Shown here piece by piece: positions 53,502 through 64,000 of a DNA stretch of 64,000 nucleotides (the stretch's first letter is position 1; the number at the start of each line of letters is the position of its first letter). The notes beneath the pieces are model-generated. The model did no database searches, was not told the origin of the DNA, and saw nothing but the letters and a program-made list of their open reading frames with translations. The position numbers and the translations under genes were made by a program. Origin of the DNA: Tubulanus polymorphus (Eukaryota > Animalia > Nemertea); assembly GCF_964204645.1 (NCBI RefSeq), contig NC_134030.1, positions 14,136,110 through 14,200,109 of the forward strand. The letters run 5' to 3'.

Positions 53502-55564
53502 TAACAAGAAATGGATCAGACATTTCAATAGGTAACAAGGCTCTTGAGGGGTAATGAGAGGTCACCTGTAGATAGTAGAGGACGCACCTTACTGCAACCA
53601 TAGTGTTGGATCAAGTGTTTAAGTGAAGTCTATGTGGTTGGATTAGAACTACAGATTAGCGGTTAATTGTAAATCACATCAGTCGTCATCACACATACGC
53701 CTATTGGGCACGGGCCAAATTGGCCGTGGAACAGGCTACATCCAAAAAATTGGCCCCGTGCCTGGAACACGTGAACCACGCTCACCGGATACTACAAAAA
53801 AGCAACAAGAGGACCAAAGGTCCTGAGGTTCGAAAAATATCAGAAATTCAAAGGGTGTCCCCCTTTCGACTTAGAACATTTATATTCCGTGGTATTATAC
53901 CGGTACCTTCTGAAACATGGCCATGACCGCGACTGCACATCAATACCTGGCATTGGGATTTTCCGTGTTACACTTGTATATAAAACATGTACAACGTAAG
54001 GTAAACGGAGATCGGGAAAACACAAACAATGAACGCTTTTACGGTTCGCAGCGCTTTTACGGCCGCAAAATGTGATCTACCGATCTCAGAAAAATTATGT
54101 GACCCAAGCCTCAATAACCCTCATGCCCCTAAATCTCTACATATTTCCACTGCTCTCTGGAATGATGAGATAAAAGAATAGAAATCGACATCAGTAGCAC
54201 CAAAGCTAACCGTACCATTTTTTCTCACTACTTGAAATAACCTATGCGCTAAGTCAGAGAAAAATTTGCGATTTAGAGAGAGATGAATATAATGCAACAC
54301 TCATCATCGATTCGACACAGCAACTGCAGGCCTATTTGAATACTTGTAGTAAAGCGCGGTCGATTGGTGCGCGCGGGCAGTATCTTATCTTCAAGCACAA
54401 AACTATCGTATTGTTTCCAATAATTAATTGTTACATGTTTACACTCTTTGCGTAAAAGTAACGACACATTTGAATTTCTTCCTGAAAGCAAAGTGAAATT
54501 AGGTGACAATTGGAACTATTTAATTTCGCGCATTGAAACATACATACGCTTTAAGCGGCGTGATCAGTACGCACGATAGGGACAATTTATTGATTGCTAG
54601 AAAGGCGATAAAGCGACTCAAATTGTCGTGTTGTATTGCTATAATACTTAACACTGCATTTTCACATTTGTGATCATACGTACTAATTTCCCCTGGAGCG
54701 GTGGCCCGGCAACAGTGCGCCAGCAACAGGTGGGATTCTCACGTGTATCTCATTGAGCGGTGATGAGTGATAACAGATATCAATTTCTTCACACGGTCAG
54801 CTTTTCCGATATCAAAATAGTAGGTCAGCATCATTGCTTGGTGACGTAGCTACGATAGTCCCAGTTGATTGCGTCATCACGTCTGGCGCAACCACGGAAA
54901 TCCTCACGATGACAGACACTGTCCAATAAACATCGGATCGCCTATCTGGCGCCATACTTGCCTGGGTTTGATTGCTGCCCACCGAAACTCTTGCTTCAGC
55001 GTCTCAAACGTTTTTTCTTTTGGCCACATGGCCAATGAATTGTACTTTTCGTGATTGATAAACGCAATGCTTATTTCGCAAAGGAATGATTACTTATAAA
55101 TGCGTCGTTCATTTATTCTTCACTTTGTTTACACAGTTCACCAAACTCACTGTTGCTTTTTTCACGGTATGTCGGTGATAAACCTAAGCACGTATACGCT
55201 CTCTAGCCCATATACGTATACAATTGATTGTCATAATTTGTTCCCTCTAAAATATCACGGCTATATGGTGCACCCACTAACATATATGTTTATCATATCA
55301 TATACGATGGCACCAACAATACTTTAGAAATCATTAATTAAAAAAATCTTAAATACCCCTTTGAAATGAGTAGAAACTGAGTAAACAGTTTAGCTTTCAA
55401 CAGAGATGACGTCAGGAACACGTACCTGCACACATCAAGATACAGTGAGCACCTGCTCAAATTGCCGATTTATAAGTGTATTACAGGAAATGACTGAAAT
55501 GATAATCAGTAGCATATTATTACTTGTATTATATTGATATTCTATTAATTGTACATGTGCCCTT

Positions 55565-55963
55565 AGTAATAGGGGTAATGGGCTTTCAGGCCAAAGGTCG
55601 AACGTCGAGCTCATTAAAAAACAAAACATTACAAGTAATTTAAAACTATAATATATTTTCATAACCGTGTGTATTCTATATTATAATTAAATATTTATTC
55701 TAAGATATTAATAATTTTAATTTTAAAAGCATATTGTATTAAATCAATTGGTCGCTCCACTTCGCTACCGCTCCGCTCCGCGACCAATTGATTTATTTAC
55801 AATACACAAATTCATATAATCAAATAATAATTATTATTCTATTATTAAACTGAAATACACACGGTTATGAAAATATATTATAGTTTTAAATTACTTTTAA
55901 TATTTGTTTTTAATGAACTCGACCATTCAACCTTTAACCTGAAAGCCCATTACCCCTATTACT
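55565..55963. repeat. ~400-bp terminal fold-back (hairpin)
   Basis: Outer arms 55565-55675 and 55854-55963. Perfect 16-bp inner stem TAAATCAATTGGTCGC/GCGACCAATTGATTTA around a 24-nt GC-rich loop. Confidence 0.92.
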
Positions 55964-56053
55964 CTTAAAATATTCATGTAAATGAATAACATTTAAATTG
56001 ACAGATTATTCAATATAAAAGTGTAAGCTCTTATAGAATAGATATATAAATAG

Positions 56054-56666
56054 TTATTTTATGAATTTATATTCATATGGAAATTGTAGTCTCAGTAATA
56101 ATTTTGAACCTTTATTATTCTTTAATTTATTCATATATTCATCATGTAATTCAGTAGGTATAATTTGATTTTCTTCCAATGATTGTTGCATAGATTTTTT
56201 TATCTTCGTTATAAAATAAAACTAGAAATCTTATATTCTCCCTAAAGTCTTTAACAATTGAATTATATTTTTGATTTAAAACCCATGTTGTTATCCCGAA
56301 ATGTCTCCCAGAGAAAGCTAAATAACATAACTCACTTTCTCTCACTTTTGAATCATGTAAATTTGCGCAATCATCTATAATGAATAATGTATTTGATCCT
56401 TTATAAGTATCAATTGCTATTTTTATACAATTATCTAAATTTTCTTTTACTGTTTTAGGATCTAATATAATAAACTTTTTCATCTTAACTATATCTCTAT
56501 TATATGTTTTATTCATTTCATAAGTAGGGCAGAATAATGTTATATTATCAAAATGATTCTTATAAATAGTTTCTAATAAATCTAATATGAAATGTGTCTT
56601 ACCACAATTGGTTACTCCAGTAACTAACATATTATGCGGTTCAAATATAAATAAATCTTTATTCAT
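56054..56666 (-). pseudogene. A32/FtsK-like genome-packaging ATPase with one frameshift in an A-run near 56200
   Basis: Walker A GVTNCGKT, Walker B FIIDD, GRHFG..TWVLNQKY. The corrected C-terminus reads SMQQSLEENQII...QFPYEYKFIK*. Confidence 0.88.
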
Positions 56667-57750
56667 TTATTCTTTTAATTTTACTAGATAAAATCCATTC
56701 ATTAAATTTATCATCGTATCCTTTATATTTCACCAAAGAATACTTTTTTCCTTTAAGAGTTTTTGTTTTCAATACTTATTCTATTTTGTATTCTATTTCA
56801 TCTGGGTTTGGTACAAGTGATAATTCTTGTTCATAGAAATAACCTAATATTTCTTCATCTTTTAGATCTTCTAATTTATAAACAAATGGTTTAGTTAATA
56901 TTATCTTTTTAATCTTGAATATTTCTTCTGTAAAATTTGGGGTATAACCTTTATAAAATGTTTTTCTATATTTAGATATTCTTACGTGTTGTCCTATTTT
57001 AAATTTAGGTTCGCCGAAATCATGTGTAACAAACGCACCATACAAATTATTCCAAACTATTTCTGAATTATCTTCTTTTCTAGCTTGTATAGGTTTCATA
57101 TTTATAGAACTATGTATAGAATTATTATAACCTTTCACTAAATCATCTAACACATCGATATATTTATATGTTTCATTAGCAGTAAAATATTTCCACATTC
57201 TAGTTTTCAATGTTTTATTAAATCTTTCTATAATAGATGCTTTTTTATCTGAATGTGTTGAAATATAATCTACATCGTTATCAGATAATAGTTTTTTAAA
57301 ATGTTTGTTATAAAATTCCTTACCTTCATCAAATTGTATCTTATCTGGAATAGCTTCTTTAAATATATTCTTAAAAGCATTTGTTACTTCTATTCCAGTT
57401 TTATTTTTGATTGGAATTGACCATGCGTATCTCCTGAATATGTCTATAACATTTAATATCCAGAAATATCCTTTGTTGTATTCTTCTAAGTTCTTCATGT
57501 CAATTAAATCTGCTTGCCATTGTTGATCGATATATGAAACCATAACTTTTCTTGTTAAATAAGTTTTATCCATTTTCTTGTGAATTTGATATGTTGGTTG
57601 ATTTTGTAACCATGATTTTAATTCACTATATTTTATATCACCATTTTCATTATCAGATTTAATTTTATTCCATAATTCTGAAACGTTAGAATATGATACT
57701 TCACTCTCTGGGCTATAATATAAATCTCTTAGATATTGTTCTTTTTTCAT
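56659..57750 (-). pseudogene. Polinton-type rve integrase with C-terminal chromodomain, nonsense codon at 56776-56778
   Basis: WQADLIDM, IQFDEGKEF, IIERFNKTLK, YNNSIHSSI, FYEQEL. Past the stop the frame continues VLKTKTLKGKKYSLVKYKGYDDKFNEWI. Confidence 0.95.
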
Positions 57751-57756
57751 CTTATT

Positions 57757-58116
57757 TTAATCCATTAATAATAATCTTGGTTTATTTTCAATGACTTTAT
57801 AATTTGACTTATTTTCTGGTATGATAGGTTTATTGTCATTGGAATCATCTTTATCATCAGATTTGAATTTTGATTTATATATTACACCGGATAATATAAT
57901 AACTGTTACTAATCCAATTGTAATATGTAATTTATAATTACTTCCAGCATTAGAAGAATCAGATGGATTGTTATTTGAATCAATATCAGGTGATTCATTT
58001 ATATCAGTTAATTTCTTTTTCTTAGCTTTTTTTAATTCTGAAGATCTTTTACCTAATTCTCTTGCCCATTTAATTTGTTTCTCGGATCTAGCCTTTTTCT
58101 TAACTCCATCACTCAT
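57757..58116 (-). CDS. Small viral protein with basic N-terminus and one TM helix
   Basis: Basic KKKARSEKQIKWARELGKRS segment, hydrophobic ITIGLVTVIILSGVIY, TAAATG start, overlap with its neighbour. Confidence 0.7.
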   Translation of the reverse strand: MSDGVKKKARSEKQIKWARELGKRSSELKKAKKKKLTDINESPDIDSNNNPSDSSNAGSNYKLHITIGLVTVIILSGVIYKSKFKSDDKDDSNDNKPIIPENKSNYKVIENKPRLLLMD

Positions 58117-58711
58117 TTATTTTAGTTAATTTTTGTTCTGATTCATTTTCTGTTTCGCCGTTTGGTTGTAGTATATCTGTTTCGTTCTTACCTGATTTAA
58201 ATTCCATAGGTTTGATGTTCGAAAATGTTATGACACCAGTAGAAATTAATGTCATAACCGATCCTAATTGAAATGAAGCATATCCAACCCATTTTTGTAA
58301 TTCAGTCATAACTAAGTAGTCATTTTTCAAATCACTATATAATTTATTTTCATCATCAATTGGTATTAACTGGTTACATAACTTAGAATAACATTTGACA
58401 ATACCATCTGAAATAGAATTATTTATTCGGGCCAATCTTGCCTCTTCATAAATCTTAAAAAATTTTATTACTTTATCTGGTTTCATAGCATCTAATTCTT
58501 GAAAAGTTATTATTTTCGCGATAAACTGATTACATTTACCACTAGCAATTAATAATTCTAGATGGTGTTTACAATATAAGAAGTATTCATAATCTATATT
58601 GTTATTAACTTGAATAGAATAAGAAACAACTGTATCTTTATTATCACTTATGCCCAAATCATCTAATGTTTTTTCAATATCAATACTATTCTTACTCGAT
58701 TTCTTTGACAT
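58109..58711 (-). CDS. Hypothetical viral protein, 200 aa
   Basis: Intact ORF, TAAATG start, co-oriented and overlapping the next gene, hydrophobic stretch near the C-terminus. Confidence 0.7.
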   Translation of the reverse strand: MSKKSSKNSIDIEKTLDDLGISDNKDTVVSYSIQVNNNIDYEYFLYCKHHLELLIASGKCNQFIAKIITFQELDAMKPDKVIKFFKIYEEARLARINNSISDGIVKCYSKLCNQLIPIDDENKLYSDLKNDYLVMTELQKWVGYASFQLGSVMTLISTGVITFSNIKPMEFKSGKNETDILQPNGETENESEQKLTKINE

Positions 58712-59898
58712 TTATATTAGAGAAATTTAATAAGAAAAATATTATAAGTATTTTGATACTAGATAGTTAAAGGTAAAGAATTCTAGTATTGACTACTGAT
58801 ACTAATTATTTGAATTTTAAGAATTTCTATTTGAATCTATTCAAAATATAAAGTATTCTCTTTTGAAAAGAAAGTATTAAAAATATAATAGAATTCACTA
58901 GCTAGTTGAAGTTATTGTTTTTTAAATACTTTTTATTTGAATTAGGATTTAGATTATCTCACTACTATTGTTTATCTATAGGAGCAGTAATTATAACTGT
59001 CCAGATAAGTCATTTCGGATTCTTGATAATAAATCCTAAAACTGAAAATAAATTCAAAGAAACGAATGGTGGAAATACTATTTCATAAACACACGTATAT
59101 TTTATTCTACAATCATTATCGATTTCCACATTCCAAGCCGCTCGGCAGCCGAGCGGTAAGGTATGCGTGGAATGCAGGTATCAATAAAATACAATACAAC
59201 ATCTGTCACTGTGTGACATTAACAACAGCTGAATGACGCAATTGAAATTCCGGCAAACGTAATGCATTGAAAGCCTATACAGTATGGCTAAACTGCTACA
59301 GTCTCATGAGTTGAAATATCCATAATTTCTGATTCCACGTCGATCTATCTTCACTTTCTTGATTCAATGGCCTTCATTTTGTTATCTAAAAGATAAATAT
59401 CTAACGTAGAATAAAATTAATTTGAAGTTGTAGTTGTAAAATATTAATTACAACACTTAAACATAGCCATTCGTGGCGCATTTTACCAGGATAAGTTTTA
59501 CATGTTTAACGTTTCCCAACGCCTTAATAACAACAAAAACAGTACTTACACTTATAACTGTAAACTCCTAAAATTGTGTTCATAGAGAGAATATCCTATA
59601 CGTTCCTATGCTTATGTGCTGCGCGTTTATAACTGCCAGTTATTCACTAGCTAAACACTGTCTGTGCAACAGATGTTCCTTGGTAATGTTATTGATTAAT
59701 CCTTTTCAACTTAAATAGAACATTCGATCAATATTCAAATGAGGTACACCCTATTCAACTGAATATAACGTGCTACAGATGCTTTTGTAAACAACCTAAT
59801 ACAATTACATATAGGCGATTTGATATAGATCGAGAGTAACCGGTTTTCTAAGCGTTTAACATTCAACGAATTTTTCATTATGTGTTGAGTTCCATAAT

Positions 59899-60471
59899 TC
59901 AACAAATGTCTAGTTTATTAGATTTAATTATGTTTTCCTTCTTTTCTAAAGGCCTTAAATCTTTCCAACTCCAAATAAGTTTTTTATTGTATTCATCATT
60001 CATGTTAAATTTAGATATTGGCAACACATGATCAATATGAAAGTATTCACCATAATTATCTATATTCATTTTATCATCGAATTGATATATTATCCATGAT
60101 ATGAAAAATTCATCTGAACAACCCAATAAATTAGATAGTGTTTCTGAATGTGTTTCTTTGTTGACTAATTGTGTTAATCTAGATCTTAAGCATTGTTTCA
60201 ATCTAAAATTAAGATCTGTTTGATATCTTTCTCTCATATATTCTGCCATATAATAATTATAATGTTCTATATTATCTTCTCGATATTGTTTGGTATATAG
60301 TTTAAAACAAGTTTTACAGCAATATTGAAAACCATCTTTGCTAATCTTACGCTTACTAAATTCTGTTAAAGCTAATTTATCTAATTCACATTTAGAACAC
60401 TTCTTGTAATATATATTTATAACACCAGTGTTATTTGTAATATTGATAATTTGTGGTTGTTCTGGTTCCAT
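59899..60471 (-). CDS. Zn-ribbon plus HNH (endonuclease VII-like) nuclease of the type seen in giant viruses
   Basis: KKCSKC...F...DG...CCKTC, LLGCS, NYGEYFHIDHVLP, LRPLEKKENIIKSNK. The 3' end may be clipped by the non-viral-looking DNA at ~59090-59900. Confidence 0.8.
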   Translation of the reverse strand: MEPEQPQIINITNNTGVINIYYKKCSKCELDKLALTEFSKRKISKDGFQYCCKTCFKLYTKQYREDNIEHYNYYMAEYMRERYQTDLNFRLKQCLRSRLTQLVNKETHSETLSNLLGCSDEFFISWIIYQFDDKMNIDNYGEYFHIDHVLPISKFNMNDEYNKKLIWSWKDLRPLEKKENIIKSNKLDIC

Positions 60472-60993
60472 TTATTATACATATTTTTTTACTAAATTGA
60501 TTTTAGAAGTTATTCATTTATATGTTATTCATGAATATATATGAATTATTTCAATAAAACTTTACTAACAATTTTAATGTTTAAAAATCTAACTCATACA
60601 AATATAAATATTGAAATATGTTTAAAATATACCTATGTATTAGATACCCTATTAGATACCCTAATACCTGATACCCTATTAGATACCTTAAATACTTAAA
60701 ACCCCCTTTTTAAAAATAAATATTATTTATACAATTTTCAACCAATTTATTTTTATTTTTTCAACTAATATATGAATAAGTTTGAAAATAATAAAGGTTA
60801 TTTATTATTACTGAGGTTTCAATTTCCATATGAATATAAGTTTATAAAATAAGATATTTTATGTATTAGATTGTATTAGATATGTATTAGATACCTTAAA
60901 TACCTTAAATACTTAAAACCCCCTTTTTTATTTACAATTATTTTATATAATTTTCAACCAATATTATTATTTGTGTTAAATATAATTAATATC

Positions 60994-61825
60994 TTAATCA
61001 CTTTCATCATCAGACCCTAACAATTTATTCAAATTCTCTACCGAATATTCATCTTCAAATTCTCTATTATTTTTATACTTATTTTTCACCTTTTTTACTG
61101 CATCATCAATAGTTGTTTCATTGTTATGCTTATTCATCCAATCAAATTTATCATTATTTTCTACTTTATGTTTCATAGAATCTTTATTAGTGTTTGCTCC
61201 TAATATTTCATTTACAGTGTTTGATCCTAATATTTCATTAGCATCGGTTAGATCTAATTCATCTTTATTAGGTGTTGCTAATAATAAATCTTCATATATT
61301 TTTTCACCATTTACTTTTTGATTTGAAACAAACTTTGTAACATATCTAAATGGGTGTTCTATAAATTCTTTTAAACCAACGTTCTATAACATTATTTATA
61401 TGTACCCTTGTATTCATATGTTTATTCCAATTTGATGTAGCGTTTGAAAATTCACTTTTACAATATCCACAATAATTTCTATTTTCACTAACATTTAATA
61501 TTATTTCATTATTAGATGTAGAAGGTATTACATTATTAGATGTAGAAGGTATTGCATTATTAGATGTAGAAGGTATTACATTATTAGATGTAGAAGGTAT
61601 TACATTATTAGATGTAGAAGGTATTACATTATTATCAATTACATTACTTAAATTATCAACAACTTCACTTTTATTATTATCTATTTCTATTAGTTTAGTT
61701 TTATAATTTTTGAAAATAGGATCAAATATCAAAGCTATATTACAAGGTATTACATAATATAAACCATCATTATTTTCATGTGTATCGATGTATGGTATAT
61801 GTTTATATACTTTACCTCCTTGCAT
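60994..61825 (-). pseudogene. Zn-finger viral protein with 8-aa tandem repeats, frameshifted near 61370
   Basis: CGYC...WNKHMNTRVH and five NN(V/A)IPSTS units (24-bp repeats at 61508-61627). The shifted frame EFIEHPFRYV... runs open into ORF 60994-61176. Confidence 0.65.
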
Positions 61826-61857
61826 TTATTATATAAATTTTTATTAAAGTTAAAATT

Positions 61858-63101
61858 TTAATACATAACACTATTTAATTGAGAATTTACAATATTTAAT
61901 TGCGCGTCAGATATAATATAAATGTGCACTTTGAAATTTTTGATTCCTTTATTCTTTGTCATGAATAATTGTATTCCATCTTTAGTGTTCTGTAGTTTTT
62001 TTCCAGAACCATGTAATGAATTATCCTCTGTTGTTCTAAAATCTAACCATAATGCATATTTATTACCGGTATAATAATCAATTTGATTAATGTTACAATT
62101 TTCAGATGATTTTACTTTTTCATTCATAAAATGTTTTCTAATTTCTGGCCATTGATCATTCTCATTCCTTGACAAAATATTTTATTTGCTATTCCTTCGA
62201 TAGTTATTTCTACTTTTGTTATTTCAGTATTATAATAATTATCAACATTTATTGCACCATTAGTATATGTTGCAATGGTAAAAAATATTAATATACCTTT
62301 AATAGATCTTCTTGGGAAGTTAATATTCTCATTAATTATTTCATCATTTGCATTAATAGTTACAGTTTTAAATTTATCAATATAATCATATAATAATGAA
62401 AATCCTTGATTGTATTTAGTTTGAATTATACTTGAAATATTTTCATCAGTTACTGTATCATATTCTAAACATATATTCGATAATTTATAACTCATATCTT
62501 TATTAACGCTAGATATTACAATTTCATTTACAGGAGCAAATGTTATTTCGAATATAACGTCTTCTTGAATTGCGTATTTATATAAAGGTGCATTGTTATT
62601 TATCAATTCAAAGTCTAATGGAATTTTATATTTGCTTCCATATATACTTTTTATCAATTTATCTATAGAATTAGTTAATATTGCATTATATGCTTCTGAT
62701 CTTAATTTATTTTGGTTTTCTGATTGGATTCCTTGAAATATCATATTATTTCTATTTTCTTTAGTTAACCATAAATCTTTATAATGCATAAATAAATTAT
62801 AATCATCTAATGTGAAAACTGTTTCTGGACCAATCTTTATAGTTAATTTTTTTATCAAATATCTTCCAACATTATCAACAACATAATTATTATTAATACC
62901 GATTACTTTTATATCGGCTGATAAATAAATACTATTTGGAACATAAAAAGTATTTTGTGTTAATCGAGGAATTCTAACATATAAAGTTTCATCAGGATTA
63001 ATGTTAGAAGGATTATGTGTAATTATATGATGTGATCTTTTTGCTTTAATAGCATTAGATATTCTATGATTCTTAGAAGGATTGATATAACTCCCACTCA
63101 T
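61858..63101 (-). pseudogene. Putative double jelly-roll major capsid protein, one frameshift near 62160
   Basis: ~413 codons, beta-rich pattern, motifs ITHNPSNI..DETLYVRIP, NVGRYLIKK and KYALWLDFRT...LHGSG recalled from invertebrate Polinton-like capsids, with ATPase and integrase in context. Confidence 0.72.
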
Positions 63102-63121
63102 TTATTTAACAAAAAAATTAA

Positions 63122-64000
63122 TTATTTATTTTTTATCATGTTTACTAAACCAAAAATAATTGCACTTACAACTGTAATTAAAAATAAAATAATATGTTCA
63201 GCAGCAAAGTTAATAATGTTTCCTGCAGATTTCAATATAAAACCAACAATTGATGCAATAACTCCTGGCAATGCTGCAGCAGATTTCTCATTTGATTTGC
63301 TTGATAGTTCCCATAAATATTTTGCTAATTTCTTTAAACCATCGTGTTTATTTGGAGTAGGAGTAGATTTTAAAGCATTTGATATTGCTAAACCAATTGT
63401 TGTAAATAACATAGTTACAGCTGTTAGAATTGAAAGAATTGTTATTCCTTCTAATTTAAATAATAACTTTATTCTATCTTTCAATGATATTTCAGAATTT
63501 TAGTTTAATCAACAAATCTTTAAAAATAACTTTTTTTCTATTAATATTATAATCATATGATTTTAATAATAACTTAATTTCTTCTTTTTGTAATTCTATG
63601 TTATATTCTAAATCATCTTTTTCTTTTTCTAAATATGCATTTCTTTTTTTAAATTCGATTTCTTCAATAACTTTATTATCTCTATCTAATTTTAGTTGTT
63701 CTATTTCTTTATTTTTATCAGTTAATTCTTTTTCTAAAGTTCTAATTTTAATATCTCTTTTACTTTTTTCATGCGAAATTTTATCAGCTGATTCTTGCAT
63801 ACCTTTAATTTCTCTACGTGTTTGTTCAGGAAATTGTTTTAATTCTTCATCAGTTAAATCAAGTAATCCTTTTTCTAGTAAAGATTGTATTTGATTTATT
63901 CCAGTTTCAGCACCAGCACCAGATGTATCTGGTATACTATTCATCTCTTCTGAATCTCTTAATCTATCAATTTGTTTTTCAAATGTTAATTGTAATTGAC
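63122..64000 (-). pseudogene. Coiled-coil protein with C-terminal hydrophobic/amphipathic helices, frameshift near 63500, 5' end outside the window
   Basis: The frame is open at the window edge. Heptad-rich region, then ITILSILTAVTMLFTTIGLAI, AAALPGVIASIVGFIL and IILFLITVVSAIIFGLV. Confidence 0.65.

Larger units (their letters stand above)
55565..64000 (-). mobile_element. Endogenous Polinton/Maverick-like DNA virus, continuing past the window edge
   Basis: Abrupt shift to very AT-rich, intronless, tightly packed co-oriented genes including rve integrase, A32/FtsK-like ATPase and a capsid-like ORF. The terminus starts 5'-AGT. Confidence 0.9.

Noticed and set aside
55565-55963. Hairpin as an independent MITE insertion
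   Set aside because: The same inner junction CTTAAAATATT follows the hairpin in both copies, so it appears integral (provisional)
63066-63894. Plus-strand ORFs of 145 and 98 aa
   Set aside because: Antisense shadows of the viral membrane and coiled-coil gene
55565-64000. Bacterial or organellar contamination
   Set aside because: The gene set is Polinton-like, and a homologous derivative is embedded in host DNA at 47162-48521

Overview
Animal genomic DNA, AT-rich and repeat-dense. The repeat repertoire (GalEa-type copia, Helentron-associated HINEs, DIRS, Kolobok) suggests a marine invertebrate, which is inference. The one host gene is the 3' part of a + strand GPATCH8/ZNF804-family gene. Four exons (6882-7075, 8048-8155, 15375-15430, 39767-43808) splice in frame. 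Its introns hold a 1.08-kb internally deleted copia element, a hAT remnant, a full-length decayed DIRS1-like element, a CR1/L2-like LINE, a Penelope element with a hammerhead-like motif, HINEs, MITEs and a SINE. From 55565 to the window edge lies an endogenous Polinton/Maverick-like DNA virus. All its genes are on the - strand: packaging ATPase, integrase with chromodomain, two orphans, an EndoVII-like HNH nuclease, a Zn-finger repeat protein, a putative major capsid protein and a coiled-coil membrane protein. The most unusual signal is that this virus ends in a ~400-bp fold-back hairpin. A gene-less 1.36-kb relative with the same type of hairpin end sits 7 kb upstream inside a Kolobok transposon. 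Hairpin arms match better within each copy than between copies, and mismatches are mostly G-T wobbles on the coding-equivalent strand. This suggests a hairpin-ended, possibly self-priming, integrating capsid virus with a non-autonomous satellite. All assignments are by eye, with no database searches.
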